DNA of 31,399 nt from a virus. The stretch lies in the IMG/VR virus record IMGVR_UViG_3300001530_000192, one strand, 5' to 3'. Below the pieces are notes generated by a model. It searched no databases. It saw only the letters and a list, made by a program, of their open reading frames with translations, and was not told the origin of the DNA. Numbering within the stretch: the first letter of the stretch is position 1; each line of letters opens with the position of its first letter. Both the position numbers and the translations under genes were made by a program. This document shows positions 1-9,291 of the stretch, one piece after another.

Positions 1-150
1 CACTATTACCATAGCCGCCGACACCGCAGAAGCCCGAAGCAGACCATACATCTCTTAACCAATACCATTGTCTAGCATTACTATCATTAAATGCTATTTG
101 CTTACTCTTATCCAATCTAAATAAAGATAATTGTGACTTATCAATAGTAT
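1..150. repeat. Terminal direct repeat, left copy. It is identical to 31250..31399 and reflects the overlap of a circular or terminally redundant genome.
   Basis: Bases 1-150 (cactattaccatagccgccgacacc...caatagtat) recur base for base at 31250-31399. The unit length is therefore 31249 bp. Confidence 0.95.
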
Positions 151-766
151 AACTTGCAGGTGTATTTGTTCCATTTGTTATATTACTAAAGAAACTTGCA
201 CCATATACCATATATTCATTCATTAATTCGATTGTAGAGTCAGTCCATTCGCCATCACTTGCATATCCATTAGTTACAGTCTTTGTCAACCAACTTCTAT
301 GTCTTAAAATATGACTAGAGCCAAAATCATTATTTATGACAGTTTTAAAAGGTGCTAAATAAGTAGTATACATTTTACTACCTTTATAACCACCTGTAGA
401 AACATTACTATCATTCATTTTAGCAGTTCCCATACTTAATTCAGGTATCATTAAAACATGTGGTGTGGTACATTCTGTATCGCCACAATGAAGTCTATAA
501 TTAATATCTGCTACTAAATATTTTCTACCACTATTTCTACCTATAATATAATCACCGATAAATATATCATCAAATGTTCCATTAGCAATTTGAGTAGATA
601 AAGTACCATCATAGAATAAATCTGTGATATCTTTACCTCTATATATTGAATTATGAAATCCTGCATTTGGTCTATTCAATATATCGCTTAATTGTTCATC
701 TTTATAGTAAATAGAACTACTTTCTATTCCATTACCATTTTTTACTCTATATATTTTTTTACTCAT
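1..766 (-). CDS. DGR variable target protein, 5' part (candidate tail fibre / receptor-binding protein). The ORF runs off the left edge and continues 31249 -> 31194 across the circular seam, giving 273 aa in total.
   Basis: ATG at 766-764 is preceded by AGGAGG (775-780, minus sense). Hand translation MSKKIYRVKNGNGIESSSIYYKDEQLSDILNRPNAGFHNSIYRGKD...ARQWYWLRDVWSASGFCGVGGYGNS stays open to base 1. The frame is continuous with 31249..31194 once the overlap is removed (822 nt = 274 codons). The ORF is absent from the ORF track because the window edge splits it. Confidence 0.85.
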   Translation of the reverse strand, partial: MSKKIYRVKNGNGIESSSIYYKDEQLSDILNRPNAGFHNSIYRGKDITDLFYDGTLSTQIANGTFDDIFIGDYIIGRNSGRKYLVADINYRLHCGDTECTTPHVLMIPELSMGTAKMNDSNVSTGGYKGSKMYTTYLAPFKTVINNDFGSSHILRHRSWLTKTVTNGYASDGEWTDSTIELMNEYMVYGASFFSNITNGTNTPASYTIDKSQLSLFRLDKSKQIAFNDSNARQWYWLRDVWSASGFCGVGGYGNS

Positions 767-778
767 AGATTATTCCTC

Positions 779-1504
779 CTATTCTATTGTCCTTGATAAT
801 TCAAAATCTAATATATTTTCTTGAATTTCTGCGACATCTTCTAATAATTGGTCAACATTAGGTGTAATTTCATCAATTTCATTTTGTAAATGACCTGCGA
901 CATCTGTAGATAATTGACCTTTTACATGTTCGAACCATGTATCAAAGTCACCTGTCATTGTATCAATTGTATTATCAAATATTGCTTGAATTTGAATAAA
1001 TAATTGTTCTGTATCAGGTGTTTGTACTGTAGATATAACATTACCACAATCACTTGTTATAAATCTCGTATCAGTAACTAAATTTTGAGTTATTTCAGTA
1101 GTTCCTGCAGGAACACTAATTTTTGCAATTCTTAAATCATATATAGTAGATGTTCTAACTAAATCAGGAGCAACAGGGTTTTCTGCAAATGTACCTTTAA
1201 CTACCATTGCAGTTATAGTCCTTTCAGTTAAATTCCATCTAATTACAACATTATCAATACGATTTAAAACACCATCGGCATTCTCTACTGTTAGTGTTTT
1301 AATTGCATCATTATCATATCTATAACCATTTATATTTGCAGAACCTATACTTACATTAACAGACATATCATCATTATCTGCTAATACTTGGCAACCATTA
1401 TTAAATATACCATTAGTAAAATATGTGGCTAAATGTCTTGCAAAATCTTCTGCATAATAGACTCTATCGCCATCAACATCATTAAAAAAACTAAACTTTT
1501 CCAT
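779..1504 (-). CDS. Tail fibre / baseplate-associated structural protein (function inferred from position).
   Basis: ORF track, 241 aa. GGAGG lies upstream of ATG 1504. The gene lies between the Gp37-like tail protein and the DGR target. Its stop codon overlaps the RBS of the target gene. Confidence 0.55.
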   Translation of the reverse strand: MEKFSFFNDVDGDRVYYAEDFARHLATYFTNGIFNNGCQVLADNDDMSVNVSIGSANINGYRYDNDAIKTLTVENADGVLNRIDNVVIRWNLTERTITAMVVKGTFAENPVAPDLVRTSTIYDLRIAKISVPAGTTEITQNLVTDTRFITSDCGNVISTVQTPDTEQLFIQIQAIFDNTIDTMTGDFDTWFEHVKGQLSTDVAGHLQNEIDEITPNVDQLLEDVAEIQENILDFELSRTIE

Positions 1505-1518
1505 ATCATCATCCTCCT

Positions 1519-2565
1519 TTAAGAATTAATATCTATATTATCAACAAATGGTATTCCAAATGTGACATATATTTTTTGATTATTATTTTCAATAGTTTCT
1601 TCTATTTCAGTAATTCTTCTTTTTAGTGTTATTCCCCATGACTCTTTGTTGATATTAACAATGTCACCTAAATCCCATAATTTTTTATAGTCATCGGCAT
1701 ATACTGTTACCTCTAGAGTTATAGTTTGTTCTACTAAATTCTCATTACCTTTAGTTTTTAATACTTCTTTGTATTGTGCAAGTGTTAAATCACCTTGATT
1801 TTCAGATTTAGCATCTACAAATACCTCTCTTAAATCTAGGTCGGTATAAGTTCCACTTGTTACTTCTGCCATTATTCTTGCATCATCTTCACCTTGACCA
1901 CCTATTAATGCATAATTCTTTTCAGTTTTAGCACTATAAGTGTAATTGGCTACTTCTATATTTGATTTATCTTCACTAAATTCATATCTAGGATTTACTG
2001 ATTGTGTTTCAGTCCTATCTTTACCTTGATAATTTTCATAAATATACTTTTTATTTGGAATATCAATTGATATTCTATGTGCAATTGTTGATAACTTGGC
2101 TAAACTAACCAAATATTCATATACATTCTTATAACTTACTTGAAAAATAACATTATCTGAACTAATATCAGTATTTTTGATTTCTAAACGAGAAAAAGGA
2201 GTCATTGCATTCAATATTTTCCTTTCACCTGCTAAATATGTACCATTGTGATTAATTTTATTTTTTATTATTCTTCTTTCTAATATACTAGATAAGAACC
2301 TACCATAAATTATAACTTCAACACCTGCTTCACCTGCATCGTTGATTGTATAACTTTCAACAATTCCAACTTCTACTGCATCACTTCTAATTATTAAATT
2401 ATCTTTTTGTAGAAATTTATAAGTATTTTCATTTAATGGGATATGAAGTTCGAACTCACCTGCTTCAAAGTATTTTCTTCGCCATCTTAAAGACTTAAAA
2501 AAATCAATTATTCCGATGAGTTCGACATTTTTGTTATATACATATATTTCAAATTCTTCAATCAT
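1519..2565 (-). CDS. Tail-associated protein, siphovirus Gp37-like (tail tip / Tal position).
   Basis: 348 aa. The N-terminus MIEEFEIYVYNKN..LIGIID.F.SL.W.RKY.E.GEFELHIP resembles the Sipho_Gp37 family as I recall it. Its start overlaps the stop of the upstream Dit-like gene (TAATG). The call rests on synteny after the tape measure and Dit. Confidence 0.55.
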   Translation of the reverse strand: MIEEFEIYVYNKNVELIGIIDFFKSLRWRRKYFEAGEFELHIPLNENTYKFLQKDNLIIRSDAVEVGIVESYTINDAGEAGVEVIIYGRFLSSILERRIIKNKINHNGTYLAGERKILNAMTPFSRLEIKNTDISSDNVIFQVSYKNVYEYLVSLAKLSTIAHRISIDIPNKKYIYENYQGKDRTETQSVNPRYEFSEDKSNIEVANYTYSAKTEKNYALIGGQGEDDARIMAEVTSGTYTDLDLREVFVDAKSENQGDLTLAQYKEVLKTKGNENLVEQTITLEVTVYADDYKKLWDLGDIVNINKESWGITLKRRITEIEETIENNNQKIYVTFGIPFVDNIDINS

Positions 2566-3425
2566 TATACTGCCTCATATTCATTTGAATACTCAATTAC
2601 TGCTTCTAGATTATCTACACCTGTATCGGCATTATATCTAAAAGTATTACTTCCATGATGAACTTGTAAGAATTTACTACCATATACCATTAAATTATTT
2701 ATATTTTCTTCTATCCCTGTACTTATAGGAATATAAACTATATTTTTATTTTGCCTATATGTACTTACTATAATCTTGTCACCTGCAGACATAGTTTTTT
2801 CAATTTTCATTTCTTCCCTAGTATCTACATTAAATAATGATGGATTTTCAACTGTATCATTTGCAGTAAATGTTATTGTCATACCAAACTCAATATTTGT
2901 ATCATTTTGAATAGTAGCCATTGAAGTAGTATTTTTTCTACCAAATACAATACCACTATCACGAGGTATCCTTAATGCAAACTTAAATGCAGGTGACCAT
3001 GTTGCCATCTGCATTATAGTTGGTTCTAAATCAGTAAAATATGGATTTTGGCATATCAAAGATATTTGAAAATGTCTATATAATCCTTTTTCATTGACTC
3101 TAATACTCTCTACTTTATAATTTATCTTTCTCTTTAAATCACCCTCATAGTAATATAATGTTCCTGTGGATTTTAAAGGGAAAACACGATACAACTTTTG
3201 TCTATTAGCAATAATATCATTTCTAATAGCACCTTTTATAACAATATTTCGCTTTTCAATTGATGTTCCTACATAACTTTCACCAATTGCATAAGCACTT
3301 TTCATACCTGCAACTACACCTAATACTTCATGTAATCCATCGACACTTTCAAGGAAGAATGGAAATTTATAATCAAAGGTTATTTTTTCACCTAAATATG
3401 ACATACATACTATTCTTTTAGCCAT
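2565..3425 (-). CDS. Distal tail protein (Dit-like phage tail family protein).
   Basis: 286 aa, immediately downstream of the tape measure gene, which is the canonical siphovirus order. Confidence 0.65.
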   Translation of the reverse strand: MAKRIVCMSYLGEKITFDYKFPFFLESVDGLHEVLGVVAGMKSAYAIGESYVGTSIEKRNIVIKGAIRNDIIANRQKLYRVFPLKSTGTLYYYEGDLKRKINYKVESIRVNEKGLYRHFQISLICQNPYFTDLEPTIMQMATWSPAFKFALRIPRDSGIVFGRKNTTSMATIQNDTNIEFGMTITFTANDTVENPSLFNVDTREEMKIEKTMSAGDKIIVSTYRQNKNIVYIPISTGIEENINNLMVYGSKFLQVHHGSNTFRYNADTGVDNLEAVIEYSNEYEAV

Positions 3426-3437
3426 TTTCTATTCCTC

Positions 3438-5954
3438 CTATCCTACCATCTTTTGATATTGTAACTCTTGTCTTATTCTTCTAGCATACTCACTAGGTGA
3501 GTCTTTTGGTGAGTAAATATTGAATGTATTATTTTCAACACTACTAACAGGATTATTTGCACCTGTACCTAACGATAAACCATTAGTTCCAATGCTATTC
3601 AAATTAACTTTAGTATCTAAATCAAAGTCTGTTGGTAATGAATTTTGTATCATACTATTAACATCTTTCATTTCAGATGTAAAACCAACACCAATACCTT
3701 TTGCAAGATTACTACCAATTTCATCTCTAAATACTGTTGATGGTGAGTGAATACCAAATATTCCTTTTATACCTTTAACTATTGAACTACCAAAGCCTTT
3801 TATCTTATCCATTACCCAATCTTTAGCATTCTTAATACCATTCCATAATCCTTTAACCAAATCTTTACCTACATTAGCCATTCCACTTATTCCACTAACA
3901 ATACCATCTTTGACTTTTCCTAGTAATTCTTTACCTACACTCAACATTTTTCCAAAGTAATTTCCTATTCCTTTAACTAAAGAACCTATTATTTGAGGTA
4001 TTTTTGCAACAAGTTGAGGTATTGCTTGTACCAAACCTACTGCTAATTTAACAGTTAAGGTAATACCTGCTTCAATTATTTTTGGTAAATTATCAGTAAT
4101 TGCCATAATTAATTTATCAATTATTTCAGGTATTTTATCAATTAAATCAGGTAAGGCATTTATTAAACCATCTGCTAATCCTAATATCAATTGAATACCT
4201 GCATCAATAATTAAATCAATATTATCTAGTAATGTAGTTACCATAAGAACTAATGCATCAATCATTTGTGGAATTAATGTTGGTAATTGTTCTGCTATAC
4301 CTTGAACTAATGAAACTATTAATTGAATACCCATTTGCATTATTTGTGGAAGATTTTGTATGATAGTAGATACTAACATATTAATTATTTCCATTACTGC
4401 ACTCATTATCATAGGCATATTAGTAGTTAAACCATCTACTAATTTAGTAATAATCTTACTTCCTGACTCTAAAAATGCAGGTAATTGCTCTGAAATACCA
4501 TCTAATATCATAGGTAATGCTTCAAATACTGCATCTACAACTCTATCAACTGCTTTTAATACATTATTAACAACTCCACCATTGCCATCACCATCGCCTA
4601 CAAGAGATGAGAACAAATTCATTACCAATTGGCTTAAATCTGCACCATCTGTTGCTAAACCTGTTATTAAGTTACTCCATGCAGATTTTGTTGCTTTAAT
4701 AGAACCCTCAATTGTTCCCATTGCTTCTGCTTGTGTAGTTCCTGCAATATTACTTGCTACTTGGATTTCGTGGATTGCTTCTGTGATATCTGCAAAGTTA
4801 GAAACATCATATTTCTTTCCTGTCAATTTCTCGGCATCTTTAAGTAATCGTTCCATTTCGGTCTTAGTGCCTCCATATCCCAATTTTAGATTATCAAGCA
4901 TATTAAATTGACCTTTTGCAAAACCACTATATGCATTTTGAATTGATTGCATATCAGTACCGAATGTATTTGCATTATCAGACATATCTCGAAGTGCTTG
5001 GTCTGATAATTTCGCTGCCTTTTGAGTGTCGCCATTTAAAGAAACAATCATACTTTTACTAAATCCTGTAACTGTTTCCATATATTCATTAGCACTCATA
5101 CCTGCAGTAGAGAATGCATTATTGGCATTTGCTATAACTGTATTAGCAACATCATCACCAAATAATTTTTTAACACCACCCTCTAATTGTTCGAACTCAC
5201 CAAAACCTGCAACTGCATCTTTTCCTATATCTAACATTGCAGAACCAACAGATTTCATTGCACCTGCCAATCCTTTAATACCTGCAATAATACCCTCACT
5301 AATTAAGTTTCCTTTTATCAAATCACCTAATGTTAAGGTTTTTTGACCTGCATTTTCTTCTTCTTTAGCAAAGTCTTTTATAGATTTAGCATCACTATCA
5401 AAACTTTTACCTGCTTTATCTAATATTGAATTATTATCACCTATTTTCTTTGATAAATCACTACATTCAGATTTAGCATTATTCATTTTGATTTTGTAAT
5501 CATTAATCTTTTTATTATTGCTATCATAGGTACTTTCTGCTTTAGATAACTCTTTTTCAAGTTCTGCTACTACTTTTTCTTGTTTTGATATTTCAGAACT
5601 TGATGCAGTAGTGCTATTTTTCATCTTTTCTAATGCTTGTTTTTCACTATCTAATGAATTTTTAAGTTTATCTATTTCAGTTTTATTTTTTGTTTGTTGT
5701 TCAGTAAAATTCTTAATTGCATCGGCACATACTTTAACAACATTTTGTTCTTCTTTTAATTTTTTATTTAATGCATCATTTTGAGTTCTTAAATCACCTA
5801 TCTTTTGACCATTATTATTAAATTCAGTTGAGGCTAATTTTAATTCACTACTAACTGCTCTTAAATTACTATTAATGTTTCTTAATGCTTTAACATACTC
5901 ACTTTCACCTGATAATTTTACTGTACCACCAAATGAACTTGCCATAGATTTCAC
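3438..5954 (-). CDS. Tail tape measure protein.
   Basis: 838 aa. It has a coiled-coil K/E-rich N-terminus and long hydrophobic helical repeats (LPxIIxxLI...). It follows the frameshifted chaperone pair. RBS AGGAGGTG lies before ATG 5954. Confidence 0.9.
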   Translation of the reverse strand: MKSMASSFGGTVKLSGESEYVKALRNINSNLRAVSSELKLASTEFNNNGQKIGDLRTQNDALNKKLKEEQNVVKVCADAIKNFTEQQTKNKTEIDKLKNSLDSEKQALEKMKNSTTASSSEISKQEKVVAELEKELSKAESTYDSNNKKINDYKIKMNNAKSECSDLSKKIGDNNSILDKAGKSFDSDAKSIKDFAKEEENAGQKTLTLGDLIKGNLISEGIIAGIKGLAGAMKSVGSAMLDIGKDAVAGFGEFEQLEGGVKKLFGDDVANTVIANANNAFSTAGMSANEYMETVTGFSKSMIVSLNGDTQKAAKLSDQALRDMSDNANTFGTDMQSIQNAYSGFAKGQFNMLDNLKLGYGGTKTEMERLLKDAEKLTGKKYDVSNFADITEAIHEIQVASNIAGTTQAEAMGTIEGSIKATKSAWSNLITGLATDGADLSQLVMNLFSSLVGDGDGNGGVVNNVLKAVDRVVDAVFEALPMILDGISEQLPAFLESGSKIITKLVDGLTTNMPMIMSAVMEIINMLVSTIIQNLPQIMQMGIQLIVSLVQGIAEQLPTLIPQMIDALVLMVTTLLDNIDLIIDAGIQLILGLADGLINALPDLIDKIPEIIDKLIMAITDNLPKIIEAGITLTVKLAVGLVQAIPQLVAKIPQIIGSLVKGIGNYFGKMLSVGKELLGKVKDGIVSGISGMANVGKDLVKGLWNGIKNAKDWVMDKIKGFGSSIVKGIKGIFGIHSPSTVFRDEIGSNLAKGIGVGFTSEMKDVNSMIQNSLPTDFDLDTKVNLNSIGTNGLSLGTGANNPVSSVENNTFNIYSPKDSPSEYARRIRQELQYQKMVG

Positions 5955-5957
5955 CTC

Positions 5958-6637
5958 CTAATCTAGCCATTCATCATCTTTTTGTTGCTCTTTAGCAACT
6001 TCTTCATAAGTAGTTTTCTTTTCCAAATCGTGATAGAACTTATAAAGTTCCCATTGGCGATTAAACTTCTTAATTGTCATTCTAAAAACTTCTTTTTCTG
6101 AATAACCTAATTTGTTATGTCCTATAAACAAAAACCACGAGAAATCTATTGGTGTATTATCATCTTCCTCGTGGATTATTCGTTTTTTGAGTTTTCATCC
6201 TGTGTAGAGTCAATAACTGTTTGATTTAATTGATTTGTGGCATTTGCTATACCCATTGCAGTTATTAATCTACCTACTTGTTTTTCTGTTAATAAAGGTT
6301 GTTTTTCTGTTGCAGTTTCATTATCAATATCAATTGCTTCATTTATCATTTCTTTAATACCAAATATTAAAGCCTTGATATCAACTTCTCTTGTTTCATA
6401 TACATCTTGTTTTACAACATTACCATTTGCATCTTTAACTTCTTGTGTGATTGGTTTTCCTTTCTCATCTAATTTGACAACTCTATTTCCATCTTCATCG
6501 TAAACAAAGCCATCAGTCAACTCACCCCATTTTTGGAATGTGCCATATTCAATCTGAATTGATTGCATTACATTTAAGTTAAATATTGCTTTATATTCCT
6601 TTCCATTAACTGTAAAAACTGTTTCCTTTTCTTTCAT
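5958..6637 (-). CDS. Tail assembly chaperone G-T fusion, made by a programmed -1 ribosomal frameshift at 6182-6188.
   Basis: The -1 frame after the slippery site stays open for 74 more codons (RIIHEEDDNTPIDFSWFLFIGHNKLGYSEKEVFRMTIKKFNRQWELYKFYHDLEKKTTYEEVAKEQQKDDEWLD). It stops at TAG 5958-5960, just before the tape-measure RBS. Confidence 0.7.
6176..6637 (-). CDS. Tail assembly chaperone (G-like, zero-frame product).
   Basis: 153 aa acidic protein located between the major tail and tape measure genes. A slippery heptamer lies 2 codons before its stop. Confidence 0.75.
   Translation of the reverse strand: MKEKETVFTVNGKEYKAIFNLNVMQSIQIEYGTFQKWGELTDGFVYDEDGNRVVKLDEKGKPITQEVKDANGNVVKQDVYETREVDIKALIFGIKEMINEAIDIDNETATEKQPLLTEKQVGRLITAMGIANATNQLNQTVIDSTQDENSKNE
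6182..6188 (-). promoter_or_regulatory. -1 frameshift slippery heptamer A_AAA_AAC.
   Basis: The minus-strand sequence TCA AAA AAC GAA TAA has the heptamer in X_XXY_YYZ phase of the chaperone frame. Confidence 0.7.
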
Positions 6638-6657
6638 CTTAATTCCCTCCTATATAA

Positions 6658-6706
6658 TTAAAAAAAGGGTAAAGATACTAGACATTTTCTTCTAGTTCTT
6701 TACCCT
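6658..6706 (-). terminator. Rho-independent terminator after the major-tail / 60-aa ORF pair.
   Basis: Long hairpin: agggtaaaga (6666-6675) pairs with tctttaccct (6697-6706), and the inner stem actaga pairs with tctagt. On the minus strand it is followed by a T-run (plus-strand A-run at 6659-6665). Confidence 0.6.
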
Positions 6707-6860
6707 TTCTTCTATCAGATTTTTTCACTGTTTCTTCGAAAAGATTTACAAATTGTTTTATTTCTTTGTATCTTTCTTCTGATACTTCTATAACTTGATT
6801 TAACTTATAAAATTCTTTTGTATTTTTATCATTAAATCTTTTTATAACTTTGCACTTCAT
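6678..6860 (-). CDS. Hypothetical small protein (60 aa).
   Basis: ORF track. Its ATG overlaps the stop of the major tail gene (TAATG). Its 3' end is embedded in the terminator hairpin. Confidence 0.5.
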   Translation of the reverse strand: MKCKVIKRFNDKNTKEFYKLNQVIEVSEERYKEIKQFVNLFEETVKKSDRRKGKELEENV

Positions 6861-7405
6861 TATGCACTAGCAGTCAATAGACTATCTAAATATTCACTTG
6901 CTTCTGCATAAGTAGTAAATGTTTTAGATTTTGACCATTCTCCATTAGATTTTCTCATTACTGAACCCTCAATAGATACAGTAGTAAACTCAACAGACTC
7001 ACCTTTTGTTGCTTCATCAGGCATTGTGTCTTTGAATTTTACTTTTGATAAAAATTCAACTTTGTATTTATAAGTACCATTTACCACTTTAGTTAATATT
7101 CTACCAAATGCGATATATGGTGCTACATCAGTATCTTTTCTAACGATTTCACCCTTTTCACTAATATTATGTCCTAATAGTGGTGCTAGAACTGTGTCAT
7201 CATCATCATCAACAGTTATAGTAACTGTACCTTTATTAAAAGTATAATCACTTTCTGCCAATGCATCATCTGCATATAATTCTGCACTATTTAATTCTAA
7301 TGATACTTTACAATCAATAGCCTTACCTAGTGATTTAGGTTCAATTACTTCCTCATTATTGTCTAATAATGAATATCTAAAATTCTTTAAGCCAATTCTT
7401 GCCAT
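6860..7405 (-). CDS. Major tail protein (phi13-like family).
   Basis: 181 aa. The MARIGLKNFRYSLL N-terminus is typical of phi13-family major tail proteins as I recall them. It sits upstream of the chaperone pair. Confidence 0.75.
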   Translation of the reverse strand: MARIGLKNFRYSLLDNNEEVIEPKSLGKAIDCKVSLELNSAELYADDALAESDYTFNKGTVTITVDDDDDTVLAPLLGHNISEKGEIVRKDTDVAPYIAFGRILTKVVNGTYKYKVEFLSKVKFKDTMPDEATKGESVEFTTVSIEGSVMRKSNGEWSKSKTFTTYAEASEYLDSLLTASA

Positions 7406-7749
7406 TATATTACACTCCTCTCTTTAGCAAATGTTATTGTCTTATGGTATAGTCTTGTATCTTCTTCGAACATATCAGGACTATCCTCAATCCAAACATA
7501 ATCATTATTTATTAATATCTTTTTAACTTCTGAAACAATATTTAGATAATTACCATCAGTATAGATATCAAAATCAAATTCAGAAACACTATAAATTGGT
7601 TTATTGTCTGCTTCTACTCTTGGTTGATTATCTATCTCGTGATAGGTAATAAATGTTTTTAAGTTACCTCTATATCGAATAAATGCTATAGGTATATCTA
7701 CACCATCAACATTAAAATCATTAAATAATTGTTCTATTTCTCTATTCAT
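7405..7749 (-). CDS. Tail completion / head-tail joining protein (assigned by position).
   Basis: 114 aa ORF between the gp10-like protein and the major tail protein. Confidence 0.45.
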   Translation of the reverse strand: MNREIEQLFNDFNVDGVDIPIAFIRYRGNLKTFITYHEIDNQPRVEADNKPIYSVSEFDFDIYTDGNYLNIVSEVKKILINNDYVWIEDSPDMFEEDTRLYHKTITFAKERSVI

Positions 7750-7751
7750 AA

Positions 7752-8165
7752 CTACTCCTTTGGTAAGTATTTTTCTTGTATTTGTTTCATCGCATTTTCA
7801 ATTTCCTGTTTTTTAAACGATTTTCTAAAGAAAGGCTTTTTTGCCTCACCTCTACTCGTTCCATATTCTCTTGCCATTGCAACTAATGGTGCAGGATGTT
7901 TTTTTTGTGCATCTAAATAGCCATATATCATAACTTTGTTATTAATACTGTCATCAGATGGTGTTCTATATGTTTTTGAAACAAATAAGCACTTACTTAA
8001 TCTATCAGTAGATTTGAATGCCCTTGACAAATTGTTTTGAACAGTCCTTTTAACTGTTTCTGCACCTGCTTTGGTCATTTCACCCATCATTTTTGGAGTT
8101 GCTACTGCCAATTCCTCAAATGATTTAATTAAATCATTAGGTATCTCTGAATTAAAGTGTGCCAT
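7752..8165 (-). CDS. HK97 gp10-like head-tail joining protein.
   Basis: 137 aa. The call rests on position and general resemblance to the HK97 gp10 family (from memory). Confidence 0.5.
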   Translation of the reverse strand: MAHFNSEIPNDLIKSFEELAVATPKMMGEMTKAGAETVKRTVQNNLSRAFKSTDRLSKCLFVSKTYRTPSDDSINNKVMIYGYLDAQKKHPAPLVAMAREYGTSRGEAKKPFFRKSFKKQEIENAMKQIQEKYLPKE

Positions 8166-8506
8166 TACTTAACAACTACTTTCGCTTGAATTTCTAATTC
8201 AATAGAGTCCTCATTTATATTATTTAAGTATTCAATGGTATATTTTTTATTATTGTACTTAATAAACATATCTCTTGTTATTTCAGTTCTTGCAGGATAT
8301 CTAATAGTAAAATTGGTATATGCTTTTTCAAAATCGGTATTATTTTGAATTAAAGTATATCCTTTTGTAGTTTTTACATTAGCATAAGTGCTTAATATTA
8401 AAGTTTCTGTTGGCTTTGAAAAGCCATCTGCATCTTTAACATTAATAACTGAATAAATTCCAATAAGTTTATCATATTTACCTGCATTTTTAACAGTATT
8501 ACTCAT
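8165..8506 (-). CDS. Head closure / head-tail adaptor protein.
   Basis: 113 aa. Its start and stop overlap both neighbouring genes. The call rests on synteny. Confidence 0.5.
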   Translation of the reverse strand: MSNTVKNAGKYDKLIGIYSVINVKDADGFSKPTETLILSTYANVKTTKGYTLIQNNTDFEKAYTNFTIRYPARTEITRDMFIKYNNKKYTIEYLNNINEDSIELEIQAKVVVK

Positions 8507-8799
8507 AATAAATTCCTTGAATGCATATCTAATATAGTTTGAACTACTTTATTGACATTATTTCCATCAACATAGTATGACCTTGTATCATACATATCTT
8601 GACATAATACATAAACAACAATAATAAAATCGGCATATTGGTCGATTGTATCATCATCTACTCCTGTGTTATTTTTTATAAAGTCAATAGCAACATTTTT
8701 GATTGTTTCTAAATATGCTTCATCTGCTTTTGTTAGTTCAGATATTCTTAAATAATTTTGAATATCACTTACTGTGATATCACTTACTTTAGTAATCAT
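8503..8799 (-). CDS. gp6-like head-tail connector (DNA packaging) protein.
   Basis: 98 aa. It has the motif-like N-terminus ..DIQNYLRIS...DEAYLETIKNVAIDFIKNNTG. The call also rests on synteny. Confidence 0.6.
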   Translation of the reverse strand: MITKVSDITVSDIQNYLRISELTKADEAYLETIKNVAIDFIKNNTGVDDDTIDQYADFIIVVYVLCQDMYDTRSYYVDGNNVNKVVQTILDMHSRNLL

Positions 8800-8852
8800 A
8801 ACTATTCCTCCTTTCGGTTAGGAGTTTGCCTGAACAATTGAATTACTTACTC

Positions 8853-9278
8853 TTATTTTTTTGATGATTTTTTATCATCTGTGTTTTCATCATCAGTTTT
8901 TGACTCTTCACCATTATTTTCTTCATCTTCATTTGGTGTTAAGTCTTTATTTTCATCTAAATTACTATCTTTTTCCTTTTCTTTATCATCAGTTTCGTTA
9001 TCATCTGTAACTTCATCTGATGTATTATTTAATTCTGCTTCTAATTCAGTAATTTTATCTTTTAAAGATTGGATTTCAACATCTTTTTCTGCAAGTTGGC
9101 TTTGAAGTTTTGCAATTGTTTCTTTCGCTTCTTTATTAGATATTTCTTTTTCTGAATAAGGTGCAATAAAACCTGCATCTAAAAGGGCAGATGCTAATTT
9201 CTTATCTTCGATTTTAACAGTCTTGCCCTTTACTGCAGATATAGTATTATTTGCAAATCCTTTTAATACTAGATACAT
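8853..9278 (-). CDS. Hypothetical protein with a coiled coil and a highly acidic D/E/N-rich tail.
   Basis: 141 aa. RBS AAGAGG lies before ATG 9278. It is directly downstream of the major capsid gene, so it could be a decoration or scaffold-like protein, but this is unproven. Confidence 0.5.
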   Translation of the reverse strand: MYLVLKGFANNTISAVKGKTVKIEDKKLASALLDAGFIAPYSEKEISNKEAKETIAKLQSQLAEKDVEIQSLKDKITELEAELNNTSDEVTDDNETDDKEKEKDSNLDENKDLTPNEDEENNGEESKTDDENTDDKKSSKK

Positions 9279-9291
9279 TATTTACCTCTTA

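Noticed and set aside
1-150. The terminal 150-bp repeats as LTRs, IS ends or prophage att sites.
   Set aside because: The repeat lies inside a single continuous ORF (the DGR target) whose frame closes perfectly across the junction. It contains part of the VR. This is the signature of a circular assembly overlap, not of element boundaries.
3520-5346. Plus-strand ORFs 3520..3750, 4360..4911 and 5026..5346, antisense to the tape measure gene.
   Set aside because: They lie entirely inside a well-supported 838-aa minus-strand gene and have no SD sequences. Their low-complexity S/T/P/I-rich translations are typical of shadow frames.
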